Part shown: in pieces, positions 49,912 through 59,087 of the stretch
Layout of the letters: each line of letters begins with the position of its first letter
Position numbering within the stretch: the stretch's first letter is position 1
NCBI GenBank assembly: GCA_009380045.1
Contig: WHSN01000003.1
Span: 4,299-68,298, forward strand
DNA length: 64,000 nt
Source of the DNA: Luteitalea sp.
GTDB taxonomy: Bacteria; Acidobacteriota; Vicinamibacteria; Vicinamibacterales; CAVVIG01
Direction of reading: 5' to 3'
The notes under the pieces: generated by a model
The model's database searches: none
The model's input: the letters and a program-made list of their open reading frames with translations, nothing else
Told to the model about the DNA's origin: nothing
Program-made: the position numbers and the translations under genes

Positions 49912-50403
49912 ATGAGCAGCACCAAGCTGGATCGTGAGCACGTCCGGACGCTGTACGAGCGGCATGGGCCTGTTCTGCTGGCCTACGCCTTGTCCCTGCT
50001 GCAGGACCGCTCCGCGTCCGAGGACGTCCTGCACCAGGTGTTCATGAAGCTGTTGCAAAAGGACCCCGCAATCAACGGGCAGCCCCTTCACTACCTTTTC
50101 CGCGCAATCCGAAACACGGCGCTCAACCATCGACGTCTCCATTCGCGCGAGGTCGAGCTCGCGCCGAACGGCCACTGGCTCAAGAGCCCGTCCGGGATGG
50201 AAGAGATCGGCTTGGCGCTGCAGTCGGCCTTGGCAGAACTTCCCGACGGACAGCGCGAAATCATGATCCTTCGTGTGTGGGGCGAAATGACGTTCGAAGA
50301 AGCGGGCGCAGTCCTTGATATATCACCAAACACAGCCGCCTCGCGTTATCGCTATGCGCTCGCAAAGCTAAAGGAGCGGCTCAAGCCGCTCGCGAAGGAG
50401 TGA
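49912..50403 (+). CDS. ECF-type RNA polymerase sigma-70 family factor
   Basis: Region 2 (LLAYALSLLQDRSASEDVLHQVFMKL) and region 4 (LPDGQREIMILRVWGEMTFEEAGAVLDISPNTAASRYRYALAKL). Confidence 0.9.
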   Translation: MSSTKLDREHVRTLYERHGPVLLAYALSLLQDRSASEDVLHQVFMKLLQKDPAINGQPLHYLFRAIRNTALNHRRLHSREVELAPNGHWLKSPSGMEEIGLALQSALAELPDGQREIMILRVWGEMTFEEAGAVLDISPNTAASRYRYALAKLKERLKPLAKE

Positions 50404-50405
50404 GC

Positions 50406-51122
50406 ATGGACTGGCAGGACGATGAGTTCGAGCTCTTCTTGCGACAGTTTCGACCGCACCCGCCCAAAGCGCTGCCGACTCGCCGCCGCACGGTGGTCGC
50501 GTTGGCCGTAGCCGCCGTCATCGTCGCCGGCCTTGTCGTTCCGACGCGGTTTGCCCCCAAGAGTCCCGTGGCTGATGGCTCCGAACACTCATCGGCGTTG
50601 ACACCGTCGGGCGCCGCGAAGTCGGCAGAGGGCATGGGCCAACGTGACAAAGGGAACATCCGTCCTGCGATTCCAGTCAGTCGCGTTCCCGACGCCACGG
50701 GGACACCGACGAAAGGAGAGAAGAATACGGCACCAAAGTCGATCTCTCCAATGTCATCCGCCGCTGCGGATACTAGGCAGCCCGGCGCATCGCGGCCGCA
50801 TGACCGCATGGGCGCAGCGAGTGGAACCGCCAGTCGACGAATCAGGGTAGGTGGAACCATCAAGCCACCAATCAAGCTGGTAGATGCGAAGCCGATCTAT
50901 CCGGACGACGCGCGGGCTGCTGGAATAGAGGGCGTCATCGTTTTGGAAATCGTGATCGGCGAGTCGGGCTCTGTGATCGAGGCACGAGTGCTCCGCTCGA
51001 TCCCCGAGCTCGATCAGGCTGCGATCGATGCCGTGAATCTGTGGCAGTTCGAGCCGACCCTCCTCAATGGTGAGCCGGTCGAGGTGGAGATGAACGTCAC
51101 CATCAACTTCACACTCCAGTGA
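50406..51122 (+). CDS. single-pass membrane protein with C-terminal TonB_C domain (putative ECF partner/anti-sigma-like)
   Basis: Abuts/overlaps the sigma gene stop (GTGAGCATG). Short cytoplasmic N-terminus, TM VVALAVAAVIVAGLVV, Pro/Ser-rich linker. TonB C-domain PIYPDDARAAGIEGVIVLEIVIGESGSV..AIDAVNLWQFEP..VEMNVTINF. Confidence 0.8.
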   Translation: MDWQDDEFELFLRQFRPHPPKALPTRRRTVVALAVAAVIVAGLVVPTRFAPKSPVADGSEHSSALTPSGAAKSAEGMGQRDKGNIRPAIPVSRVPDATGTPTKGEKNTAPKSISPMSSAAADTRQPGASRPHDRMGAASGTASRRIRVGGTIKPPIKLVDAKPIYPDDARAAGIEGVIVLEIVIGESGSVIEARVLRSIPELDQAAIDAVNLWQFEPTLLNGEPVEVEMNVTINFTLQ

Positions 51123-51376
51123 CGTCGTGCCGGCGCCTCAGCCACGAACTCGGCCTGGATCTCCGGTGTGAGCGCCAGGTTTCCGAAACCGTCTTTGATG
51201 GACGCCAGCGTAGCAAAAATGCGCCGCCCACCCTGAAGTCCGGACGAAGGTTGGCTGTGATTGCCACAGCCATCTTCGCTGTTGCCCGATCGAGCCGCCA
51301 GGGGGATGCTGTGCGGCGGATCGCCGACCAGCATCGGCCTCACCTCACCGACGTGCAGACGGCGTGATACGAGCCG

Positions 51377-51703
51377 TTATGTGCCGGGCGCTCGGTACCG
51401 GACTTGCTCGGCCTTGCGCAAGGCCTGCATCGCCTCGTCGACGGTCAGGAGGACTGTCGTTTCGAACGAGCTGAGCGCACCGCCGCCACTAATCGCCAGC
51501 GCAACCGCGGCCATGGAGACGTTGTCGGGGGCTTCCCATAGGTTGTAGCCGTCGTGTGTGCCGAAGGCGTACCAAAACCCGTGGAGCTTCCCACCGACCG
51601 ACTCGATGTACGACTGAGCGGCTTTTCGGCGGTCTTCTGGGTTGCCGATCAGCCTGGCCCAAGTCTCGGGTGTGTAGCTGAACCTCGATAGATAGAGTGG
51701 CAT
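51377..51703 (-). CDS. GYD-domain protein
   Basis: MPLYLSRFSYTPETWARLIGNPEDRRKAAQSYIESVGGKLHGFWYAFGTHDGYNLWEAPD. GGGAGGA lies upstream of the ATG at 51703. Confidence 0.8.
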   Translation of the reverse strand: MPLYLSRFSYTPETWARLIGNPEDRRKAAQSYIESVGGKLHGFWYAFGTHDGYNLWEAPDNVSMAAVALAISGGGALSSFETTVLLTVDEAMQALRKAEQVRYRAPGT

Positions 51704-51965
51704 CGTTCCTCCCTCTCGTTCGCCCATCTGCGTGAGTCGCCGTCAGGCGTGAGCATGACCCTATCACGCGGCGGGCTTTGGACACGACACTCGGCTGTCT
51801 CACTGGACGTGCCTGAGTGCGGTGCGCCAGATACGTTCTTTACCTTAGGGCGCATCGACCTGCTTCTGCGTAGGCGAGGGTCCATATGCGCGGGAGCTGG
51901 CAGCAATGGACGGTAGCGGTCGTGCGCGGCGCGTGCTAGCATCGGCCGCACTCGACGCTGATGCT

Positions 51966-51993
51966 CAACGATGCCATGCCAACGATGCCATGA
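51966..51993. repeat. 14-bp tandem duplication (caacgatgccatg[c/a] x2)
   Basis: Read directly, 13/14 identical. It lies ~40 bp upstream of the start of the second GYD gene. Confidence 0.9.
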
Positions 51994-52031
51994 AGGCAAC
52001 CCGAGCGCTGGCACATTCACGGGAGGACGAC

Positions 52032-52352
52032 GTGCCGAAGTTTCTCGTCAAGGCGTCATACACCGCAGACGGAGCGCGCGGGCTACTCAAAGAGGGAGGC
52101 ACCGGCAGGAGGGACTCCGTCCGAAAGCTCGTCGAGGGTCTGGGGGGCAAGGTCGAAGCGTTCTACTATGCCTTTGGCGATGATGACGTGTATGTCATCA
52201 CTGAGCTTCCCAGTACGGCGGCTGGTCTGGCGCTCACGCTCGCCGTCAACGCGTCCGGCGCGGCCCGGCTGACGACGGTGCCGCTGATCTCCGCCGAAGA
52301 GATTGATGTCGCCACGAAGACAGCCGTGAACTACCGGGCGCCAGGAGCGTAA
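52032..52352 (+). CDS. GYD-domain protein (paralog, divergently oriented)
   Basis: The GTG at 52032 follows GGGAGGA. VPKFLVKASYTADGARGLLKEGGTGRRDSVRKLVEGLGGKVEAFYYAFGDDDVYVITELP. Confidence 0.8.
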   Translation: MPKFLVKASYTADGARGLLKEGGTGRRDSVRKLVEGLGGKVEAFYYAFGDDDVYVITELPSTAAGLALTLAVNASGAARLTTVPLISAEEIDVATKTAVNYRAPGA

Positions 52353-52576
52353 CCGATCGGTCGGTCGGCTTCGGACCTTCGGGCACGCCGCGTGATCAGT
52401 GGACGTGCTCCCGGTTTCGTCGGTTGCATCGAGGATCCTTGCACGATTTCGATGCCACAAGGCGAACCCCGTCCATCGGCAGAACGACGCTGCTGGCTGC
52501 CCGTGTTGCGAGGCGGTGGCCGCGCCAGGATCAAGTTGTGAGGCGGTGTCACCTGAGCGTAGCGGCCTCTCGTCCA

Positions 52577-53110
52577 ATGGCCAAAGATTCACCGCGCTCC
52601 TCCAACGCGGCTTCGGCGCATCCTGCCGGCAAGTCGCGAGCAGTACAACAGCTCCTGTCGATTCTCGACCAGGCGTACGATCGACGGTCGTGGCACGGAA
52701 CCAACCTGCGTGGATCGATTCGCGGCGTTTCAGCACAGCAGGCAGGTTGGCGGCCTGGACCCGGTCGCCACAATATCTGGGAACTGGTCGTGCACGCAGC
52801 ATATTGGAAGTACGCCGTATGGCGACGCGTGACCCGTCAGCGCCGTGGCTCGTTCCCACTCAAAGGCTCAAACTGGTTCCGGCGACCGCAACAGGCAACT
52901 GACCACGAGTGGCGCTCGGATATCGCGCTGCTGGACCGGATGCACCGGTCGCTGCGCGAAGCTGTCGAGCATCTGCCGGCGCGCGATTTGTTGCAAGTTC
53001 CGAAGGGCAGCACAATCAGCAATGCCTTCATCCTGTCCGGCGTGGCAGCGCACGACCTGTATCATGCCGGTCAAATTCAGCTGCTGAAGAGGCTGTCAGC
53101 GGGCGAATGA
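52577..53110 (+). CDS. DinB-family protein
   Basis: SWHGTNLRGSI..IWELVVHAAYWKYAV..AAHDLYHAGQIQLLKRL carries the DinB His triad pattern. Confidence 0.7.
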   Translation: MAKDSPRSSNAASAHPAGKSRAVQQLLSILDQAYDRRSWHGTNLRGSIRGVSAQQAGWRPGPGRHNIWELVVHAAYWKYAVWRRVTRQRRGSFPLKGSNWFRRPQQATDHEWRSDIALLDRMHRSLREAVEHLPARDLLQVPKGSTISNAFILSGVAAHDLYHAGQIQLLKRLSAGE

Positions 53111-53715
53111 GCACGATTCCCCTGTCCACCCGCTACGCCTTCATTGCCGCTGCCGTCCTCTGTACCCTTGCGCCGCGCGGCGCAGCGTTTGCGGAAGAGT
53201 GGCTGATCGATACCGAGCGATCCACGATCACGGTGCGTGTCTTCAAGTCCGGTCCAGTCTCGCCTGCCGGAGGGGACTATGTCATTCAGGTGCCTTTGAT
53301 GGACGGCTCCTTCGACCCGTCGGTTCCTCACATGCAGCTCGCGATCGACGCTCGCCGCATGCGTGTGCTCGAGGGCGCCCTTTCAGCCAAAGAGCGCCAG
53401 GAGGTGCAGGCTCTGATGCTCGGAGCGGACGTCCTCGACGTGGACCGATTCCCGTGGATCAGTTTCCACTCAGTCGAGATCCAACGGCTCGACGGCGCTG
53501 AGTGGCTTGTGCAGGGCGAGCTCGGGATGCACGGCCATGTCCGCGCGACTCCGGTGAGCGTCACTCCAGGGCACAACCGGTACAAGGGTTCTACGACGAT
53601 TCGACAGAGCGAGTACGGTATCGCCCCTCTCACCCTTGCGGGGGGCACGGTCGGGGTGAAGGACGAGATCACGATAGATTTCGACATCGTGATAGCCGAG
53701 GGCCGGTCGCCGTAG
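53107..53715 (+). CDS. YceI-like domain secreted protein
   Basis: ATGA overlap with the DinB stop. Signal peptide. WLIDTERSTITVRVFKSG..DRFPWISFHS..GELGMHGHV..IDFDIV resembles the YceI fold. Confidence 0.65.
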   Translation: MSTIPLSTRYAFIAAAVLCTLAPRGAAFAEEWLIDTERSTITVRVFKSGPVSPAGGDYVIQVPLMDGSFDPSVPHMQLAIDARRMRVLEGALSAKERQEVQALMLGADVLDVDRFPWISFHSVEIQRLDGAEWLVQGELGMHGHVRATPVSVTPGHNRYKGSTTIRQSEYGIAPLTLAGGTVGVKDEITIDFDIVIAEGRSP

Positions 53716-53875
53716 TCAAGAGCAACTGTCACTCAAATCATCGGCGTCGTGACCGGGACGGTTCGGCGTCCGGCATCGGCTCCGATAGGCCGAGTGAGCG
53801 TCGCGGTCCCGAGGGCATCGCAAGAAGAAAAGCTCGCTCTCAGGTGCATGACCCCGAGAGGCGCCCGGCGCCACG

Positions 53876-55744
53876 TCAAGGTCCGCCCGTGCCGGGCAGC
53901 GACATCACCGGCGCATATACACCAAGGCGCTCGCGCGTCCACCATACTCCTTCAGCGCGCCGCTCGGCAGGGTCTGCGAACTTGTACCGATACAGCACGC
54001 TGCGGACATAGCGCGGCGGGCGGCCGTGAAACGGATCGCGCTCGATGAGGCGCAGCACGTCCGGGGATCCCTGCAGCAGCCGTGCGCAGAAGTTCTGGAA
54101 CCAGGTCTCCTCACCATAGCGGTCGAGCGCCGCGAACCACATCTGCCAGTCGAGCCGCGGTTGGTGAGGCGCGACCCACGCCGGCGGTCGGGTCAGATCG
54201 CCCGGCTTGTACCGGAACTCATAGGGCCGCCAGACTTCTCCATCCATCGACCCTTCGACGATGATCTCCGGGCGGACTGTCGTCATCACGGCGAAGAGAC
54301 CGTAGCTGTTCACGCTGCGGAGCGGCGCAATCGCCCTGGCCACCGGCAACACCAGCCGCCGCCCTGGCAGTGACAGGCCGAGGCTGCGCGACAACATCAG
54401 CGCCGACACCGGCACCGTGACCACCGCGACGGCGATCACGACGAACCGGCATCCCCGCGACACATACGCGGGCGACAGGTTGACCGGCGATCGTCGTGCC
54501 AGCACGGCATCGTCCAGTAGAAACACACACAAAGCGGCGGACAGCAGGTTGAAGAACGCATAGTTTCCGGTGAGCGCGATCGCCACTTGCAAACCAACGA
54601 GAAGGACGAAGGCGAGCGTTCGCAGCCGGCGCGGGCCGAGCATCAGCCACGGGGCACAGAGCTCGATCGCAAGAACAACCGCGGTCGAGCTGTGCTGGAA
54701 CCACGGCGGCATCCAGTGTGCGTGCCACGCGACCAGGGTCGGCAACGGCTGCGTCTCGTAGTGGACGCTCAGGGCGGTGAAGCTGCGCCACGTGGGATCC
54801 CCGCTGGTGAGCTTTACGGCGCCCGATCCCACCATCAGACGGAACAGCAGCCACAGCATCAGCCACACGGCGAGGCGCGGCGGATCGGATGCAGTGCGCA
54901 CGCGATCGCGCAGGCCGGCCGGCGCGAGCAGGATCGAGAGAAAACCGGCTTCGAGCAGCAGCGAATCCCACTGGAACGCCAGAAACGGTCCGCCGATCAC
55001 CGAGAGCGCCAGGTAATCAGCCCAGAGCGCCACGAGGATGGCGACCGGTCCGATGCCGGCGACGAGCAATGATGCGAGCACCACGCCGCCGACGCACAGG
55101 CAATGCAGCCACACGTCGCCGACACCGGCCGGCAGGATGCCGTTCGATCCGGCGAGCCCGACGATTTGCGTGGCGAGAGACCCGAACGCCGCCAGGTACG
55201 TGACGCCCAGCAGGCGAAAGAACCACCAGCGCGCGAGCGCGTAGGTGGAGGGTTCCGAAACGCGTCCCCACAGCAGGATCGTGACCCGCGCGGCGGCATC
55301 GCGGTGGTCGGCAATCAGGCGGTATGCCCGCTCGGTGATGGCGCGTACGCCCGGCGCCCGTTCGTAGAGCCGCAGTGGCCAGCGAGCTCCCACCGCTGCG
55401 AGCAGTCGAAAGACAGCCTCGGCGGCCTCGAAAACACGACCGTCCGCCTCGACCAACTGGACGGCGCTCGCGCTTCGCTCTCGCGGGACGTCGGGAAAAC
55501 GCTCGGCGACGGCGGAGCTCTGAAACGGCTGATACTCGACTGCGTTCCCGGTGCGATGGCGCCATTTCGCTACCCAGAAACGGCAGAATCCGCACTCGCC
55601 GTCGAAGATGAGTACCGGATGGCCAGGCGGTGACGCGACGCGTCGTTCGCGCACAGGAGTGTTGTAGCCGAGAAACGCGTCACCGGCAATGAAGGCGTCG
55701 CTGAAGGTCGCCACAGAGTGGATCCCTGGGCTCTTCGCACTCAC
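53876..55744 (-). CDS. fusion of a DCC-type thiol-disulfide oxidoreductase (DUF393) with a lipase-maturation-factor (LMF) family membrane domain
   Basis: The N-terminal VLIFDGECGFCRFWV (DCC motif) is followed by ~10 TM helices and the C-terminal WFQNFCARLL..DPF..PPRYVRSVLYRYKF typical of LMF proteins. Confidence 0.75.
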   Translation of the reverse strand: MSAKSPGIHSVATFSDAFIAGDAFLGYNTPVRERRVASPPGHPVLIFDGECGFCRFWVAKWRHRTGNAVEYQPFQSSAVAERFPDVPRERSASAVQLVEADGRVFEAAEAVFRLLAAVGARWPLRLYERAPGVRAITERAYRLIADHRDAAARVTILLWGRVSEPSTYALARWWFFRLLGVTYLAAFGSLATQIVGLAGSNGILPAGVGDVWLHCLCVGGVVLASLLVAGIGPVAILVALWADYLALSVIGGPFLAFQWDSLLLEAGFLSILLAPAGLRDRVRTASDPPRLAVWLMLWLLFRLMVGSGAVKLTSGDPTWRSFTALSVHYETQPLPTLVAWHAHWMPPWFQHSSTAVVLAIELCAPWLMLGPRRLRTLAFVLLVGLQVAIALTGNYAFFNLLSAALCVFLLDDAVLARRSPVNLSPAYVSRGCRFVVIAVAVVTVPVSALMLSRSLGLSLPGRRLVLPVARAIAPLRSVNSYGLFAVMTTVRPEIIVEGSMDGEVWRPYEFRYKPGDLTRPPAWVAPHQPRLDWQMWFAALDRYGEETWFQNFCARLLQGSPDVLRLIERDPFHGRPPRYVRSVLYRYKFADPAERRAEGVWWTRERLGVYAPVMSLPGTGGP

Positions 55745-55880
55745 GGCGGTGCTGGGGTGGATCCAGAATCCGTGAGTGCGCTTCGCCGAACATGCCAGCG
55801 CGCCCGATCACGATAAGCGGGGGTTTCGACCAGACCTCGACGCACATTGCGACACGAGGCGGTCCGTTACGGCCCGGACA

Positions 55881-56300
55881 CTACGAAGGGCGTCGGGCTC
55901 TTGCCGCGGTTCGAACCACGCGCCAGTAGAGCAGGGCATTGATGGCCATGGCGAGCCCACCCAGCCAGATCTGGCGAGGCCGCGTCAGGTATGCCGGATA
56001 GAGTAAAGGCAGCACGTAGTGCTCAACGAAGTCTCCTTGATACGGCGAGGATCCGCCTCGCTCACGAAGATAGTTTTCAAGCGGTGTCAGCGGGCAGGCC
56101 CAACCTGCGAGTTCAATGATCACGCCCCAGATCGCGGCGGGGACGTGGATCCAGGCGAGCCGTCGCCACCGCACCACCAGCAGGCCGCCGAGCACCACGA
56201 ACGCGACGAACGCGGCGTGCACGGCGACGACGATGTCGGCTGCGGCGCGAAACAGTGTCGGGTGATCGAGTGTGGGGAACGTGAGTGGGGGGAATGTCAT
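55881..56300 (-). CDS. DUF2784-like membrane protein
   Basis: VVAVHAAFVAFVVLGGLLV..WIHVPAAIWGVIIELAGWACPLTPLENYLR. Family name from memory. Confidence 0.6.
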   Translation of the reverse strand: MTFPPLTFPTLDHPTLFRAAADIVVAVHAAFVAFVVLGGLLVVRWRRLAWIHVPAAIWGVIIELAGWACPLTPLENYLRERGGSSPYQGDFVEHYVLPLLYPAYLTRPRQIWLGGLAMAINALLYWRVVRTAARARRPS

Positions 56301-56520
56301 GACAGAATTCGGCCCGATCCCGGTGCAAGTGCAGAGGCGTCGAGCGTAGCTCGGACGGACGTGCCAACCAACCTCGGATCAGAGTATCAATAGGCCGGAA
56401 TGGGGCGTTCCCGGATGAAGGGGCGCGCTCGATCGACGCTCCAGGCCGGGGCGGATGAATCACGGAGGCGAACCGACCGATCAGGTCACCGATTGAGGGT
56501 CCAGCACATTGGGAGGGGTT

Positions 56521-58548
56521 ATGATCTGCTCCACCTGCCGCGGGTCTGGCATGCTGCCGTTGACGGACTCTCCGGTCGTGTCATGCGGCGAACGATGAGT
56601 AGACTGATCAGCTTCCGGCTGCCGTGTGTCGCGTGTCACGGCACCGGGTATGCGCCCGATCCGCCGCGAACACCGCCACCGAACACCGATCACGACAGCA
56701 GGTCGGTCGAGTCGGACGCCAAGCCCGTCCCCCAGTTCGCCGGATTGCCGCCCGGCGCCCCCATGTCCGATGAGGCACTGTTCCGGAAAGCAATCGATTT
56801 GATCGCGGAGGCCAGCCGCAGCGGTGAAATCAGCGAGCAACAGGCTGCGGCAAATCTGCGCGCCCTCGAGCGGCTGAAGGACGCCGCGACCCAGGCGGTG
56901 TCGAGCGCCGCTGACGCCGACGCGCAAGCCTCCCGCTCGCACGATGTGATCTCGGACCAGAAATCTCTGTTCGTCCGATCGGACCGCGAGCCGGGCGGTC
57001 GAGCGCACAGAATTCCCGACCGTGCAGAATCTCTCCTGCCGCTGCTCACGCCGCTGAAAAGCTTCCTGGTGGACGAAACGAACAGGGTTCGTCAGGGCAG
57101 GGCCGAGAAGGAGCGGGGCCTGGCGTTGCTTCTCGAGCTGGCGCGCGCGCAGAAGGCACTCAGTGAGGCGGCAGACAACGGGCAGGTCCGGAGAATCGAG
57201 CACTTCCAGCTGCGCTCGCTGGCCTGGTCGATCCGGAAATTCGCCCTTCGCCGGCACTTGATGGTGGCGCAGCCGTTCTGGGGCGCGTCTTCTGTCGAGC
57301 CCGACGCGACGTGCGTGTTCTTTGCCGGTGGCGACGCCGTGCGCGGGGACATGGTCCGCTATTGCGAGAAGAGAGGCCTCACCCTCAAGCATGCGCCGGA
57401 GGGGGGTGCGAGCGGTCACCTGCGCTGGGATCTCATCCGCGAGTCGGTCGCAGGCGTGTTCGATCTGACTGTGTCGTCCCAGCGCACACGCGCTTCCGTG
57501 TGTCATGCGCTTGGCATCAGTCTGGCGCTCGGACGCTATCCACTGATCCTCGCGAAAGCCGGGGCATCGCTGCCCTTCGACATCGACGTCGAGGCCGAGT
57601 ACCTGACGCCCGCGCAAGCAAGCTCCGGGATCGTCGCCAAGCGGCTGGATGAGGCGCTCTTCCGTCTGCATCCGACCGGCGGAGAAAGCTCTCTCGCCGC
57701 TACGGGCCGTCAAGTGCCGGGAACGCCCCATTCCTCAGATGACGTGGAGCTGCAGCAGCAGCTCGAACATCGGCTCTCCGGCTCAGGGCACGCCGCGCCG
57801 CGAGTACTGCTGCACCCCGTCTGGCCGGCGTCGTATCCCGATGTGAAGTGCCCGACGGCCTTTCACCTCATGCCGTTCGGAAAGAAATGGTCCGGACCCG
57901 TACGCGACAAAGTCCGTCGAGCCATCGAGCACGGCGGCCTCGAGTACCGCCGCGGGGACCAGACCAAGGGCGTGTACGTGATCCGCGCGATCTGGGACGA
58001 AATATGTCGCGCCTCGATGGTGATCGCGGATCTGACCGGCCTGAACGAGAACGTCTGCCTGGAGCTCGGCATGGCCCAGGCGATAGGCCGGCCGGCGCTG
58101 TTGATGACGCAGGACGACATCGGCAGATCCCGCTTTCCTGAAATCGCCAAGCTCCGGTTGAGCAGCGGACGGCGTGGTCGAGAAGCTCGACGAGCGCCAC
58201 ATCAACGTCGGTCCCCACATCTCGCAGTTCGGCTGGCAGTTCGAGAAGCAGTTCTACACCCAGGACGGCGGCGTCACGATGGTGACCGAATGGGTCGGGC
58301 TGGTGGGAGGTCTCGAACAGAGTGTCGTCCTTCCCAGCCTGAGCTGGATTGTCGGCGTGCGGACTCGGGATGGCGCCGAATTCGGAATGGGGCCGAACAT
58401 TACGCCAGCAGGAGCCGCACTGGTCCTGGCGACCGGCATGACGTTTCGGGCAGGCGCGCTGAACATTCCGGTGAATGTCGCCGTGGTTCCCTCGAAGGTC
58501 GGAACGCGCGTGAGCGTGCTGTCCGGGTTCAGCCTGCGGCACCCGTGA
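56521..58548 (+). pseudogene. uncharacterised three-module gene (DnaJ-type zinc finger, two tandem Rossmann-like deoxyribosyltransferase/TIR-like units, beta-rich tail) interrupted by two frame changes
   Basis: GGGAGGGG-N5-ATG at 56521 opens MICSTCRGSG.. and stops at 56598. The second CxxCxGxG (CVACHGTG, 56625-56648) and >500 further codons are in another frame. After FPEIAKLR (~58158) the sense reading continues in a third frame (VVEKLDERHINV..., stop at 58548). See the finding for the internal repeat alignment. Confidence 0.5.
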
Positions 58549-58580
58549 GAAACGGCCGCGACAATTTGGGCCGCGCGATA

Positions 58581-58955
58581 TCAGCGTTCCTGGATCAACT
58601 CGCCACAGGTGATGCGATGTCCGTCCGGTGTTCGAAGACCAAATTCCCGAAGTCCCCAGGGCTTGTCCGAAGGTTCGGATGTCACCAGGGCTCCTCGCGC
58701 GGCCAATTCTCGATAGAGCTGATCCACGCCGTCGACATTCCAGTACACGAAGTACGAATGGTCTCCCAGCGCGCTTGCCGGTTTCGCGTCCGGGCACTCG
58801 CCCAGCATCACCCTGAAACTGTCACGCGTCAGAAAGCTCCATCCCTCGGCATCGATCGGATCCCGGCTGAAGCCAAGGACGTCGGTGTAGTACCGCGTTG
58901 AGGCCTTCAGGTCGTGCACCGCCAGGACACATCGGGAATTGACAATGCGAGCCAC
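58581..58955 (-). CDS. VOC-family (glyoxalase/bleomycin-resistance fold) protein
   Basis: The GTG at 58955 follows GGAGGG. VLAVHDLKASTRYYTDVLGF..FVYWNVDGVDQLYRELAARGA..KPWGLREFGLRTPDGHRI. Confidence 0.8.
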   Translation of the reverse strand: MARIVNSRCVLAVHDLKASTRYYTDVLGFSRDPIDAEGWSFLTRDSFRVMLGECPDAKPASALGDHSYFVYWNVDGVDQLYRELAARGALVTSEPSDKPWGLREFGLRTPDGHRITCGELIQER

Positions 58956-59087
58956 GTCGTGACCCTCCGTTTGATCAATGGCCGAATGATGCCACCGCAG
59001 GCCGTCGCCGACAAGCGGGCGCGTCGGGGAGAGATGCCGCGGAAGGCAGGCCGCCAACCGCGGCCCGTGTTCGACGGCAGCGCGACT

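Noticed and set aside
51014-51343. 109-codon minus-strand ORF with a YjbR/MmcQ-like stretch (..GGRRIFATLASIKDGFGNLALTPEIQAEFVAEAP..)
   Set aside because: Its 3' third overlaps the well-supported TonB-C domain gene. The expected family C-terminus is absent, and the best N-terminal match (PDFRVGG) is in another frame. It may be another remnant, but the evidence is too thin to annotate.
56400-58901. Treating the 833-codon ORF as a single intact CDS
   Set aside because: The first ~40 codons precede the SD-ATG at 56521, which is in a different frame. The last ~245 codons are Arg-rich and largely antisense to the VOC gene. A different frame carries protein-like sequence from 58162 to 58548.
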